This document shows positions 40,060-53,714 of a DNA stretch of 64,000 nucleotides, piece after piece. Under the pieces are notes generated by a model. The model saw only the letters and a list, made by a program, of their open reading frames with translations. It did not search any database and was not told where the DNA came from. Numbering within the stretch: position 1 is the first letter of the stretch; every line of letters starts with the position of its first letter. Source of the stretch: Eledone cirrhosa (taxonomy: Eukaryota); contig OZ024756.1 in NCBI GenBank assembly GCA_964016885.1, positions 8,618,001-8,682,000 on the forward strand. Direction: 5' to 3'. The translations under genes were made by a program, and so were the position numbers.

Positions 40060-43000
40060 GCCTGACGCGTGGAACATCGCTGGTAAGCTTTTTTGTAAAT
40101 TTCTATACAAAAAAACTGAACAAATTGTTTGAAAAAACATATCATTTTGTAGATTAACCCCCAAGCTGAATTGTCAGCTGGGTGGTAATCCCATTTTTTG
40201 TCCCTTTAGGGTCGAAAATTTAATTTAAAAATTGTTTTAAAAAAATCAAATTTTGCCGACTATAAAAATGAATAACTTGGAAAGAACGCTGGAGAACGTT
40301 AACAGAGAGGAGAGAGGTAGAAAGGCAGATATTAACGTTATATCTGCTTCTGCCACTATGGACGTCGTCATGGATACGACTGTCAACAAGGAAAAAAAAT
40401 ATTGCCAATTGAACGTTTAAAAATTTCTACCGTGGAAGCAGAGAAAAATAACACACGGGAAAACACAGGAATTAAACCTATTAATATACATACACATGAA
40501 ACAGCCAACAACAACAACTCCATAGATACATCTACAGATAAAATTTCACCTCGTCAAGAAATTGTGATTTCCAACACCGAGGCTGACAACGACAACAACA
40601 ACAACAGCAACACCACAAAAAAAAAATGTCTTTCGCTGAAACACTGAACAAAAACAAGATTTTATAAATCTTGACATCTCCAATGCAAGAGATATGCTCC
40701 AGCAAGGGAGAAAATTTGTAACTTTCAAAGACAAGGGTGGGTTTAGAATCAACTTGCCCCTCGAAATAAAAGAAGAGACAGTTCGAAGGACAGTGACCTT
40801 CAGGACTGTCTCAAACACAATGAGAAAGCCAATATGTGTGAGTCAAGGAGACATAGAAGCCACCTTGAAGGAGACTCTAGAAAATATTGACTTTCTTCAA
40901 CAAGGAAAACAGTTACGGAAGTATTTCCGTACTGTTTAAAAGCCCAAAAGCATTCTGTGACACCAATGGTGTCAAAAGCATTCACCTTTTTCCCTATGTA
41001 CATGGAAAAAAGGACACAAAAAAAAAAAAAATATATACCACCAAACATTAACATCTGGTGGATCTTGGCTGGCTTCGTGGAGCCAGAGACTGATGCTATT
41101 CTTCCGATACGGAAGTCTATTAGACAAAGGTGGGCGGGTACTGATTTGGAGATTTTGATGCAGATGAGGCCGGAGAGAATCTCCAAAATACCCGAAAAAG
41201 TCGTCTTCGACGACAACAACAAAATAAACATTTCGGTGGAGGGGCGTAAACCTCGTTGCTTTCGCTGTGGTAGCACAACACACCTAAAGGCCTCCTGTCC
41301 TTCACAAACACACCACAACAATATCATTAAAAAAACACTATTACCAACACCAACACCAAAACACCCACCACAAGTACAACAACAGACAACATGAGCAAAC
41401 ACACCAAAACAAACAGCAACTCAACCAACAACAACAGAAAAAACACAGACAACACCCCTGAAGAACACAGCCCCACCCCATCCCACTCCATCAAACACAC
41501 ACACCTAAACACCACCACCACACAACATACCCCTACCCCACACTCCTGACGAAGATTATTCATCAACAGATGAGGCTGCTTCTCCTTCTTTAAGTGAAGA
41601 AGAAGGAGAGCCTCGGAAATCTAAAAAACAAAAAAAAGAGACACCACAAAACCCCCCAAATCCCAATCACCAACACCAACACACAACCACAGACACAAAC
41701 AACAACACAAACAAGACCACAGTCAAACATCCCCCTACCAGAAAAACCAACACCAACACCACCCCAAACACCAGCACACACCATAAAAAGAAAACTCCCA
41801 GACGAACAACAAACTAAAACAACACAACAAAAACACAAACAACAATACGCATACATCAACACAAACAACAAGAGTTTGATGGAGGTCATCTCCCAAAACC
41901 CCAAGGTGGAAACGGAGGGCAAAACTTTCGTCAAAGCAGAATCATCTCCACACCTAAAACTAATAAGTGTTTCGATAGAAACCCATCAGAAATTGAAAGA
42001 ACAGTTTTCGCAGGATGTTGGCAACCCCTGTCAAAAACCAATTAACCGCGTCTTATTAAAATGTTTCCCCACCCCACCCAACACCCCCAGCAGAACTGAA
42101 ATGGAGATTGAACAACCCGATCTCCAGGAAACGAAAAGGTAAGTGCACCTTTTCGTCCTTTTCGCCAACTCTTCTCCACCAACATGGCTGGTTTACAAGT
42201 TGGAAGTGTGAATGTGCGTGGCCTAGGGATGCCCTGGAAACAAGGCCAACTTTTAAACGACCTTAGGTCACATGGTATGGATGTGATAGCCATCACCGAG
42301 TCCAGGATCCACAACAAGCAGCAACTAACCCCTATCCTCGACGACTTTGAGATCTATGCATCTCTCTGTCAGCCAGGAGGTGGAGGGGGAGTGGCTGTCA
42401 TGTTTCGGAAGAACCTAGACATCGAAGTACAGCAAGTACACTTGGACCCGGAGGGTAGACTGGTAGTCCTAGACGTGAACAGTATCGGAGGTGGAGCCTT
42501 CAGACTGGTGGCCGTTTTTGCCCCGACCGGGCAATCACAACCACGGCCAGACTTTTTTAAGCGTCTAGAGTCTTTTTTGGAAACGTTTAGGTCCTTACTT
42601 TTAGTGGGGGACTGGAATGGTATCCTAGATGCACGATGGGACTATGTGGGAGCATGTCCCAGTAGAGGGGGGTGCAGCAGCCTCAAAACTTTAATCGACT
42701 GCACCACAGTGGACGTAGGCAAACCGCAGCGGGACATCTAGATCGTATTTAGATAGGTTCTTCATTAGAGAAAGGGACAAGGAGATGTTAAGCTGTCCAC
42801 GAATGCACATGGTTGCCTATTCAGATCACAAATTAGTCGTCTGCATAGTCAACCGTGACAGAACACATAAACAGGGACCCGGATACTGGAAGCTGAATGT
42901 GTCGCTGCCGGCACGTAAAGCTTACAGTGAACGGATAAGTAGACTAGTCAAGCAACAGTTAATGGGAGCCATCATCAACAATAGATGGTGGTACTCTCTC

Positions 43001-45712
43001 AAGAAAGCAATTAGAGTAGAATTGATAGGGTTTAGCAGAGAGTTAGCCTTAGAGAAAAACAAAATAGAAAGAGAACTAGTAGCCAAGGTAGAGAAGGCAC
43101 TTAGAAGAGGCAACGCGGCTAGAGGGTTAGCATCGAGAACGGCACTGGACCAGTTCTTCGATGCGAAACATGAAGGCTGCGTGGTCAGAAGCAAAACACG
43201 TGCTCTAGGAAACGAAGGAGCGAAAGCTGTCAGCTGGGCCCGGGTGGCGGAAGCAAAAAGTGGCAACAAGTCCACGATTCGGTCTTTGAAGGACTAAGAT
43301 GGACGTGTGATACTTGAACCGGAGCAGATGTGCGCAGCCTTTCAGCGGCACTTTGCACAACTATTCGGGCAGGGAGGCGCGACTCTTGGTCAGGGAGGCG
43401 GAGTTCTGCGAAAGGCCGATTTCGTCCGCTGAGGTTGGGGACGCGCTGAGCCAATGCGGCAAACGCAAATCGCCAGGTCTCGGCGGTCTACCGTACAAAT
43501 TTTATGTAACAATGACGGACTTGTTCTCTGGTCTCCTTGAAGCAGTCTACTGCAACTGGCAGCAGAACGGGAGAATTTCCAGTTCTGTGACCAAGGGTGT
43601 AGTCATGCTCGTCAGGAAGGACAAGAACAATGGGGACGACATTAATAACTTCAGGCCTATAACTCTGCTAAATACAGAGTGTTAGCAAAGAGGCTGGCGC
43701 TTGTCGTCGAAAATCTGGTGGGAGAAGTGCAGGCATGCGCAATCCCGACCAGGTCCATACACGACAACCTCGACCTCATGAGATACATCGTAGAGAGGGT
43801 AGGGTGTGAACCCGGCTTCGGTGGGGCACTGATAAATTTAGATCAGTCTAAGGAATTCGAAAGAGTCGACCATCGTTACCTGATGCGGTGCTCGCAGCGG
43901 CAGGTTTCGGACCTGTGTTCAGGGGCTGGATTGCTGCCATGCACAGCAGCATCTGCTCTTGGAGCCGTTCCAAATCACACGATCCATCCGACAGGGATGC
44001 CCTCTCTCCTCCCATCTGTACGTACTGACTATCAAGTCACTACTGCGGAAGTTGGAGCTACTGCAGGGCATCCCGTTTGAACCGGGACTGCGAAAAATGG
44101 CGTCGGCATACGCCGACGATGTGATGGTAATAGTGTCAAACACCTCGCAAATCGGGGAGGTCAGCACCTTACTGAAGGAATACGAAAGGTTCACAGGAGC
44201 GAAACTGAACCGGGACGAGTCCATCGGTTTGCAACTCGGATCGTGGAGAGGCAAACTGATGCCTTCCGATGGCATCGTCGGACGCTGTACGGAGGAACCG
44301 GTGAAGCTGCTTGGGGTCTGATTCGGACCAGACCTCCAGGTGGAGAAAAACTGAAACGAGGTGACGGCCAAGGTGTTTGCGCTCGCCCAGAAATGGGCCG
44401 AGTGCAAACTATCCTTGAAAGGGCGAGCGGAGGTGGCGAACGCTTTCATAGCGTCCATCATCTACTACCGCTTGACCGTTGTGCCTTGTCCAAGTAAAAC
44501 GCTCACCAAAATGGAGCGTGCGCTCTTCCAATTCCTTTGGTAGAAGCGGGCTCCTTTGGTGAGAAGATCCATCTGCTGTCAACACCCTTCAAACGGAGGG
44601 CTGGGGATGCTGTGGCTGACGATGCGCAAACACGCACTCAGGCTGCGGCACCTCCACGTATTCCTCACCGAACAACCGGTGTGGGCCCCGTTCATGAGGC
44701 GAGCCTTCCCGCGACTCATCTCGCTGACCGAGCTGCAGTCCTGGGTCAAGCAAAGACCGAGGAAAATGGGCGACTGGCACATCGAATGTGCTCAGGCGCT
44801 AACAGTCCTCTGGCAAACGGACCCGGCAGTCGGTGGAGTCTCCACCTCGTCATTCTATAAAGGGTTGGTCCGCAGCAAGTGTGACGACACTCTCGGAGAA
44901 ACTCTAGGCATAGAGGAAGACGAACTGGCCAGTCTGTTCGGTAGGACCTTCCGCCCGGGACCGATGGACAACTTCCAAAAGTCCCTGGCCTGGCAGTGCT
45001 ACCAAGGAGCTCTACCCGTTCAAGACAAGCTCTACAGACACGGGCGCCTGGGCAGGGATCCTTCAAAAAAGATCTGTCCAAGATGCGTGCGGGACGAGGA
45101 AACCGTTGTGCACGCATTCGTACACTGCCCGGGCGTTACCGACCTGTGGAGCTACGCAGAACGATTACTGTTGCGGGTGGGACCACCGAGTCCATTATTG
45201 CGATCAAACTGCCACCTTCCTTCAAAAAACGAAGCAGAGGCGGTTTTCTTCTGTGTAATGGCTATGGTGAAAGAGGCTATATGGTGGACGAGACTGAAAG
45301 GGCTGAGGTCAGACACCTTTCTCTCCGGCGAACAACTGGTTCGCTTCTTCAAATATCACTTTAGAAGAAGAATCAGGATGGAGAGAGAGGTGCTGCACCC
45401 CAGCAAATTTTCCGAAAGGTGGGTGAATGTGGCAAGGATGGCCCGAGTGGTTGGGCCTTCTCTTTATATAAGCCTGTAGGTTGAGGAAGAAGAGGAAAAG
45501 AGGAGAGGAGTGCTCGCAATTCGTGCTCCTGGAGATGAGGGTTGTACATTTTTTTCGGGGTGTGTGCAACCCATTCGTAACGCCCCCCCCCCCTATTGGG
45601 GATTTCGTTTGTTTTATTCATTATTTTTGTTATACATTTTTACACGCCTTGTATGTAAACTCCCCAATTGTATTTGTCCCCATCTTTTGCGCCCTTGTGG
45701 CAAATAAAGAAA
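40060..45712 (+). mobile_element. Near full-length Tx1/L1-clade LINE, decayed
   Basis: ORF1 CCHC knuckle CFRCGSTTHLKASC; ORF2 from 42184 with APE (NVRGL, VGDWN, SDHK), RT (FRPITLLN, IRQGCPLS, AYADD), C-terminal CPRC..ET..HAFVHC; (TCTA)n on both flanks. Confidence 0.9.
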
Positions 45713-46269
45713 TCTATCTATCTATTTATCTATCTATCTATCTCTCTGTCTGTCTCTCTATCTGTTTATCTCTGTCTCTCGCGCCCTCTCTCTGTCTCTC
45801 TCTCTGTCTGTTTGTTTATTTGTATCTAAGTGTGTCTGTCTGTCTGACTGCCTGTCCCTCCCCTCTTTCTGTAAATATCAAATTTAAAAAATAATCTATT
45901 ACCTTTAATGTATTATACACTTGATAAAATTCTCCTACAACACACTGTAATGTGGTTGGCCTTAGGAAGGGCATCTAGCCAGCCATAGAGGACCTAGACC
46001 AACATGGAACCTGTGAGCAAGACATGGTCACCTGACTAGTCTAACTTCTATACATAACAACTCGTCTTAACCATGCAAACATAGAAAATAGACGTTAAAC
46101 GGTGATGATGAACTGTGATGATATAATCATCATCATCATCAACACCATTTAATGTCCATTTTTCCAGGCTACCAAATTGTCTCAGGTAAGTCAAATTTGG
46201 TGACCAGGTTTGGCTCATACAGAACTGTTTCTGGTTTGGTTTCCTAACACCAACCACATTTACAGTGTA

Positions 46270-46993
46270 TGAGGGGGCTTCAAAATGTTTGTGGAAAAAG
46301 TACATAGGTAAAAATCATATGCAGGGATTTTGATATCAATGCACCTGTACGTTCTCGTACTAACGTATCATACCATGTTCTAACATGAATCCTTAAATAC
46401 ATGTTGCAACGCGGCGCTGCCAGTCGGAAGTCAGCACTCACTGGAGCAACATGGCTTCCATCCAAACATCAAATTCATGGTGAAGCTAGGGTCGAAGAGC
46501 AGCTAAATCATTGGTGCTCTGGAGCAAGTTTATGGGGACAATGCCTCAAACAAATCAACAACCTAGAAATAGATAAGTTGTTTTACAAGTGAAAGAGATG
46601 AGGTTGAAGATGTAAAAAAGCTGCTTCGACATGGTTTAAATCATGTTTTAAATCATGTTTTAAATCATGGTTTAAATCATGTTTTAAATCATGGTTTAAA
46701 TCATGTTTTAAATCATGGTTTAAATCATGTTTTAAATCATGATTTAAATCATGTTTTAAATCATGGTTTAAATCATGTTTTAAATCATGTTTTAAATCAT
46801 GTTTTAAATCATGGTTTAAATCATGGTTTAAATCATGGTTTAAATCAGTTTTACACAGATGGACTTAAAGGCTGGTATCAACACTTGCAGAGGTGTAATG
46901 ACCTAGATGGAGTATATGTTGAAAAATAAACATCATAACTTAAACCGTTTTTTCCAACTGTCTTTTTTCCACGAACGTTTTGAAGCCCCCTTG
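46270..46993 (+). mobile_element. Internally deleted mariner with 12-bp tandem array (46630-46847)
   Basis: TIRs GAGGGGGCTTCAAAA / TTTTGAAGCCCCCTTG with TA; C-terminal CNDLDGVYVEK*. Confidence 0.75.
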
Positions 46994-47072
46994 TATATAT
47001 TATTCATGCATAGAATCCGCGTGATTTATAATATACAAGTAAATATATATATTTTTGTCTTCTATATTTTAG

Positions 47073-47140
47073 GTAATGCATGAACTATTTCTGAGAGCAT
47101 ACGAATATTTCAACTCCAAATTATTGCAGAGAGGCCTTAA
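47073..47140 (+). CDS. FBXL13: FBXL13-like exon 4 (VMHELFLRAYEYFNSKLLQRGL-N)
   Basis: TTTTAG acceptor, GTAAAT donor, phase 0/2; E.F..AY.Y.N pattern. Confidence 0.75.
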
Positions 47141-47266
47141 GTAAATTTTAAACCCAACAAATAATTCTCTTTCTCAATAATTTTTTCTTTTTCTTTTCTT
47201 TTCATGTTGGAACATGTTTTTTATTTTGCATATTTTCAACTTTTAAAAAAATTATTTTTACATTAA

Positions 47267-47488
47267 CCCTTTAGCATTTAAACTGGCTGTATCTGGCCAG
47301 AATTCTCTTTCTGTTCAAACCAGCTGTAACTGGTAGTTCATACTGATGTTAAGGTTTTCTTCTCAAAATAAATAGTATCAAAATCTCATAGATTTGATAT
47401 TATGTGAGATATTACTGTGAAAATAATAGTTTATATAGAGTAATGTAAATGTTATGTGAGATATTATGTGAGGCAAAGCCTTTACTGC
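47267..47488 (+). mobile_element. piggyBac-type MITE, left part
   Basis: TTAA-CCCTTTAGCATTTA. Confidence 0.7.
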
Positions 47489-49745
47489 TCAGATTTCGTC
47501 TATCATCCAATTGAGTATTCCAAACGTTGGTGTTAGGACAGGCACAGCAAACACATTGTGAGCCACTGTTTTATTTTGCGCAGAGAGTTCCAATGACCAG
47601 ATCTTTCTTAATCAGGTGTAGTATTCCCTGGTTACGCGTTCCTTATTACAGATACCATTATAGGATATGTTCTCGTCCATCCCCAGGTATCTGTAGCAGT
47701 CCTCATCAGATATCGGTGAAACAGTTAGGCCATTGATGACAATGTTACTAGATTGGGTTGTTGTTTTTCCCCACTTTACAGTCATATATGAGCATTTATT
47801 TTGGCCAAACTCCATTCCTATATCCTTTGAGAACGTTGTAACCAGGTCAAGATTTTTCTTCATCCCATCCATGTTCTTGGCATAGAGTTTCAGATCATCC
47901 ACAAAGAAATTATGGGTTAGGTTCGTATTTCTGTCCTCCTGTGAGCCAATGATGTATCCCTCACATTTCTTGAGCAGAAAGGACAGGGGGTTTAATGACA
48001 AGATGAATAATATCACAGAGAGACTGTCTCCCTGAAATATATACCTCCGATATTTTATTTTATCAGTGAAAATAGAGTCCTCCCTCTCTGTCTTTAACTT
48101 TAGGATAGTAGCCCAAGAAGAAGAAGACAGCTTCTCTATGGCTCTGATAATAATGTCTGGGACTTTAGCAAGTTGGAAGGCCTCTATCATCCAAGAGTGG
48201 GGAACAGAATCGAAAGCTTTCCTGTAGTCCAGCCAGACTGTAGCCATATTCCTCCTAAGTTGTCGCACCTCCGACATCGCAGTTTTGTTGATTAGGAGTT
48301 GTTCAGCACATCCCCAAACCCCTTTCTTTCCAGCTGCTTGTTCATCTGTGATGATGTTATTATTTTCACAGTGATCTTGGAGGAATAGGTTCAGGCAGGC
48401 TGTATACATCTTGTATGTATGTATGTTTGTATGTTATCTCTTTCTCTTAATTTCGAGTATATTTTTTTGACCGGCCACCTTCCTGGTGGCAAGGTTGTAA
48501 AAGAAAAGAAATTGTCATCCCTTGAATCGCAAGAATGTTTTGAAGGTGCCAGCTATCGCAGCCATTTGTAGACTATGAATTAGGGAGCTATGCTCTTTGT
48601 CCGCAAATCCAAGTTCAGTCATACTTTGGTCCAAGCGGGTTGGTATATAACCCGTAACTTCAATAATGATGGGTATGAAGCTAAAGGTGTATCTTGGATA
48701 CTGGATTTGTAAACTCCTCATCAATGGTCCGTAGATGTCCTCCTTCTCCTGTATTTTTCTGGCAACGTTTACATCAAGTGGGCAGCTGATCTCCACAACA
48801 GAACACATTTTCAATGTGTGGTCCCAAACAACAATATCAGGCCGGTTGTGCCTTAATTTGGTGGTAGTTTTTATTTTCAGGTTCCACCAGTGTTCTTTAG
48901 TGCCATCTGTCTCAATATATTCTTCCTCGTTTGTTTTTAATTTTGTTTTCCGAAGTGCGTTCCAGATGGTTCTAGCTATCCCATCGTGTCTCATGGGGAG
49001 GTAGTAGCGAGATGACATTCTTTCGCAGCTGGCAACAATGTGGCTTACATCCTCGATCTTTGTTTTACATAGCCTACATTTATTGTCAGCTGATGGCCCT
49101 CCTCTTTTGTGCAGCAGATATTTGGTAGGGAGTTCTTGTTCTTGTATTGTATAGAGTTATGCCTCAATGTGTCATCATCATCATCATCATCATTTTACGT
49201 CCGCTTTTCCCTGCTTGCAAGGGTGGGACGGGAACTGATTCTGGCTTGATTTCTACAGCTGGATGCCCTTCCTAACACCAACCTCATTTACAGTGAGTGC
49301 TGGGTGCTTTTTTGCCATTGCACCTCCACGACCACTTTACAGTGGAATGATATGGACCCCAGTCCCTATCATCTCATTTCTACAGCTGAGTAAACTGGAG
49401 CAATGTGAAATAAACTATCTTGCTCAAGGAAACAACACATCACCCGGGCTGAGAATTGAACTCACAATCTTTCGATTGCAAGGCCAATGCTCTAACCACT
49501 AAGCCATATGCCTCCATTGTGATGTCATAAACTTGTCAGAACTCCATGCCAGGCTTTTTGAGTTGTTTATCTCCCTATGGTCTGTGTTTTACGTCTCAAG
49601 TATCCATGCACAACTTTTTCTGTAAATTGGTCAATTTTTTCATCTTGTTTGAACATTGAATAGGATCTTCCGATTTCTCTGGGTGAGAGATTTATATTAG
49701 GCTTTATTCTATATCTCTCCTCCAGATCAGTGGCTATCCTAATGA
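47489..49745 (-). mobile_element. R4/Dong-clade RLE LINE, two fragments (RT 47489-48411; CCHC/RLE and 3' end 48436-49745)
   Basis: WLDYRKAFDSVPH, FQGDSLS, FVDDLKLY; CRLC...HIVASC, RHD, HNRPDIVV, VEISCP; (CATA)n flanks. Confidence 0.85.
49172..49515 (-). mobile_element. SINE family A nested in the R4-like element
   Basis: Near-identical to 471-820. Confidence 0.88.
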
Positions 49746-49915
49746 TTTTTTTTTTTTGTATGTATATATGTATGTTTGTATGTATGTATGTATGTATGTA
49801 TGTATGTATGTGTGTGTGTATGCACACACAAATACAGAGAGCTAGAGGGGAGAGAGAGAGATAAAATAATGTTATTTTTCCATTTGTATTATTCCCCTGT
49901 TTCTACAATTTTCAG

Positions 49916-50036
49916 TGTTTTCATGAGGAACTGGATTACATCTAAACAAAAGAAAGAGGAAGTTGTTGCCAAAGTCTTAAGAATACAAACTCAGCGCCAA
50001 TACAAATTTGTTTATGCTGCTTTCTTAGCCTGGAAG
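49916..50036 (+). CDS. FBXL13: FBXL13-like exon 5 (N-VFMRNWITSKQKKEEVVAKVLRIQTQRQYKFVYAAFLAWK)
   Basis: TTTCAG acceptor, AAG|GTAAGT donor, phase 2/0. Confidence 0.82.
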
Positions 50037-50079
50037 GTAAGTAATATTTATCATTATTATTAAAATTACTGTAAATTAA

Positions 50080-50338
50080 AGGTGGAAAACTGGGAGAGGG
50101 CACTTGCCTTGGTGGTCAGGGTCATTGTGGCCTTTTACTGGGCTTTCTCCACAAATGTCCCTCCGAAGTCTCCCCCCTATTGGGGAATTTTTCATTGTTA
50201 TTTTTGTTACATCCTCTGTTTTTGTTTTTTACACGCAGAAATGCCCATTTGTACCGTCCTGTATTGTCCTGCACTGTCCTTAATGTCTACTTTATGTAAA
50301 CCCTTGTGGTTAATAAAGAAATCATTATTATTATTATT
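50080..50338 (+). mobile_element. 3' end of a related Tx1-like LINE with (ATT)n tail
   Basis: Shares CCCCCCTATTGGGGA...TGTAAA...CCCTTGTGG...AATAAAGAAATC with 45585-45714. Confidence 0.65.
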
Positions 50339-51275
50339 TCCGTGCTTTGCCGCATAGAGTTACGGCCCTTTACGTTCTGAGTTCAAATCCTGCCACGGTT
50401 AACTTTGCCTTTCATCCTTATGGGGTCGATAAAATAAAGTACCAGTCACGCTCTGGGGTCGATTAAATCGACTTTCTCTCTCCCCCCCACTTACTGGGGC
50501 CTTGTGCTTATATAAGAAACCATTATTATTTTGGCAGTAAGGGCGGTGGATTGGCAGTATCGGTAGAGAGTCGGACGCCATGCTGTCCAGCATAGTTACG
50601 TCCCTTTACGATCTGAGTTCAAATCCCGTCGAGGTTGACTTTGCCTTTCATCCTTACGGGGTCGATAAAATAAAATACCAGTAATGTACTGGGCAATTGC
50701 TGGCCTTGTGCCAAAAGTAGAAACAATTATTATTTTGGCAGTATCGGTAGAGGGTCGGACACCATGCTTTCCAGCATAGTTACGTCCCTTTACGATCTGA
50801 GTTCAAATCCCGCCGAGGTTGACTTTGCCTTTCATCCTTACGGGGTCGATAAAATAAAGTACCAGTAATATACTGGGTAATTGCTGGCCTTGTGCCTAAA
50901 GTAGAAACAATTATTATTTCCATGCTTAGCAGCATAGAGTTATGACCCTTTACGTTCTGAGTTCAAATCCCGTTGAGGTTAACTTTGTCTTTCATTCTTA
51001 CGGAGTCGATAAAATAAAGTACCAGTAATGTACGGGGGTCGATTTTAATCGACTTTTCCCTCCCCCAAATATTGCTGGCCTTGTGCCTATATAAGAAACC
51101 ATTATTTCCAGTATCAGTAGAGGGTCAGACACCATGCTTTGCATTATAGAGTTACGGCCCTTTACGTTCTGATTTCAAATCCTGCTTTTCATCCTTTCGG
51201 GGTCGATAAAATAAAGTACCAGTAATGCATTGGGGTAATTGTTGGCCATGTGCCAAAAGTAGAAACAATTATTTA
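50339..51275 (+). mobile_element. Head-to-tail array of about 6 tRNA-derived SINE family B copies
   Basis: B box GAGTTCAAATCC, core GCCTTTCATCCTTACGGGGTCGATAAAA, tails CCTTGTG-N7-(A/T)AGAAA-C(A/C)ATTATT. Confidence 0.85.
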
Positions 51276-52090
51276 TTTTACTGCCCATCATTACTGCTTT
51301 ACCGAGCACAGCTCTGTGGGCCTTGGGTATGTGCAGTGTAGTTTTTGCTGATGTTGTTTCTATTGTATTGAAAGTACTTTTTGTAATATGTGTGCAGTGC
51401 CTAGTAGTGCTATCTTTTGTGTGCTGTATATATATATATATAAGTCCCACCCTTGCTAGTAGGGAAAAGTGGGCATAAAATGAAGTCCTGTGGTACTCTA
51501 TATAATATAATAATATATACACAGTGCCTGCTATCTTTTGTATGTTGTATATATTTGTAAGTCCTGGGGTTTTGGCTATATATTTGTCTGTGTTTTTTTA
51601 ATCATTCCTAGAGTACCTATTATTGTAGGTATTGCTTCTGTTTTCATTTTCCACATTCAAATTATTTCTATCTCTATATCTTTATATTTGGAGAGTTTCT
51701 CTATTTCCTTGGAAGAATTATTGTCGTTTGTGGGAATTGATACATCTATTAGAAAGCATTTTTTTTCTTTGTGGTCTTTGACTCTAATATCTGGTCAGTT
51801 GGTCTTAATCTCTCTGTATTGGCATATCCCAGAGAATGGTTGCTTTGTCATTCTCTGACACTTTTTCTGTTTGTACCAACAGAATTTCCAATACATGTAG
51901 GTCTTAACTCTAACATGCCTGTGGATATATTCCTTTTTGGCTAGAGCTGGGCATCCACAGACTATTTTGTTCATTGTTTGTTCCTTATCTCCACATATTC
52001 TACAGTTACTTTTTGTGCTTTGTTTCATTATGTACTTCTGGTAGTTTCTGGTTGGTAGACTCTGGTCCTGTGCTGCAATTAGAAATCCTT
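51276..52090 (-). mobile_element. Second R4/Dong-like RLE 3' remnant
   Basis: CRICGDKEQT...CGCPALAKKEYIHRH; PDI.VKD...CFLIDVSIP. Confidence 0.75.
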
Positions 52091-52091
52091 C

Positions 52092-52386
<295 letters not shown>

Positions 52387-52461
52387 AAGGAGAGAGATTG
52401 TTTAACTTTTGAAATTCCCTGTCAACCAGTATTTATTTAAATATTTTATTTCCTTCTACAG

Positions 52462-52495
52462 GAATGGACGGAGCAGATAGTGGACCGATATGCAA
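52462..52495 (+). CDS. FBXL13: FBXL13-like exon 6 (EWTEQIVDRYA-)
   Basis: TTCCTTCTACAG acceptor, GTAAGG donor, phase 0/1; continues W-K-E-W. Confidence 0.72.
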
Positions 52496-52522
52496 GTAAG
52501 GGAGTTTCTTAAAGTAATTCAA

Positions 52523-53607
52523 CCCTTTAGCATTTAAACCAGCCAGAATCCTCTCACCTCTTTTTGTTCAAACCGGCTGTAACTGGCTGCTCTTACTTAT
52601 GTTATAATAATAATATCAATATCTCATAGATTTGATATTATGAGAGGTAAAGCATTTACTGTGAAAATACAATAGTATATATAGAGTAATGTAAATGTTA
52701 TGTGAGATATTATGTGAGGTAAAGCCTTTACTGTGAAAATACAATAGTATATATAGAGTAATCTAAATGTTATGTGATATATTATGTGAGGTAAAGCCTT
52801 TACTGTGATAATACAATAGTATATATAGAGTAATGTAAATGTTATGTGAGTTATTATGTGAGGTAAAGCCTTTACTGTGAAAATACAATAGTATATATAG
52901 AGTAATGTAAATGTTATGTGATATATTATGTGATAATACAATAGTATATATAGAGTAATGTAAATGTTATGTGAGGTAAAGCCTTTACTGTGAAAATACA
53001 ATAGTATATATAGAGTAATGTAAATGTTATGTGAAATATTATGTGAGGTAAAGTCTTTACTGTGAAAATACAATAGTATATATAGAATAATGTAAATGTT
53101 ATGTGAGATATTATGTGAGGTAAAGCCTTTACTGTGAAAATACAATAGTATATATAGAGTAATGTAAATGTTATGTGGAATATTATGTGAGGTAAAGTCT
53201 TTACTGTGAAAATACAATAGTATATATAGAATAATGTAAATGTTATGTGAGATATTATGTGAGGTAAAGCCTTTACTGTGAAAATACAATAGTATATATA
53301 GAGTAATGTAAATATTATGTGAGATATGTGAGGTAAAGCCTTTACTGTGAAAATACAATAGTATATATAGAGTAATGTAAATGTTATGTGGAATATTATG
53401 TGAGGTAAAGTCTTTACTGTGAAAATACAATAGTATATATAGAATAATGTAAATGTTATGTGAGATATTATGTGAGGTAAAGCCTTTACTGTGAAAATAC
53501 AATAGTATATATAGAGTAATGTAAATGTTATGTGAGATATTATGTGAGGTAAAGCCTTTACTTTGAAAATACAATAGTATATATAGAGTAATGTAAATGA
53601 TAAAGGG
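52523..53607 (+). mobile_element. piggyBac-type MITE with about 13 x 72-bp internal minisatellite
   Basis: Termini CCCTTTAGCATTTA and TAAATGATAAAGGG with degenerate TTAA flanks. Confidence 0.8.
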
Positions 53608-53714
53608 TTATACAAAGGTAGAAAGTAATTGATCCCCTTTAAATCTCTTTAAAATAATGGGAAACTAAGTCAAATATTTCTGAAATATAAATAATAATCA
53701 GGGAAGGAGCTACT

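Noticed and set aside
52624-53615. 316-aa and 229-aa repetitive hydrophobic ORFs
   Set aside because: Translation of the 72-bp minisatellite inside a MITE
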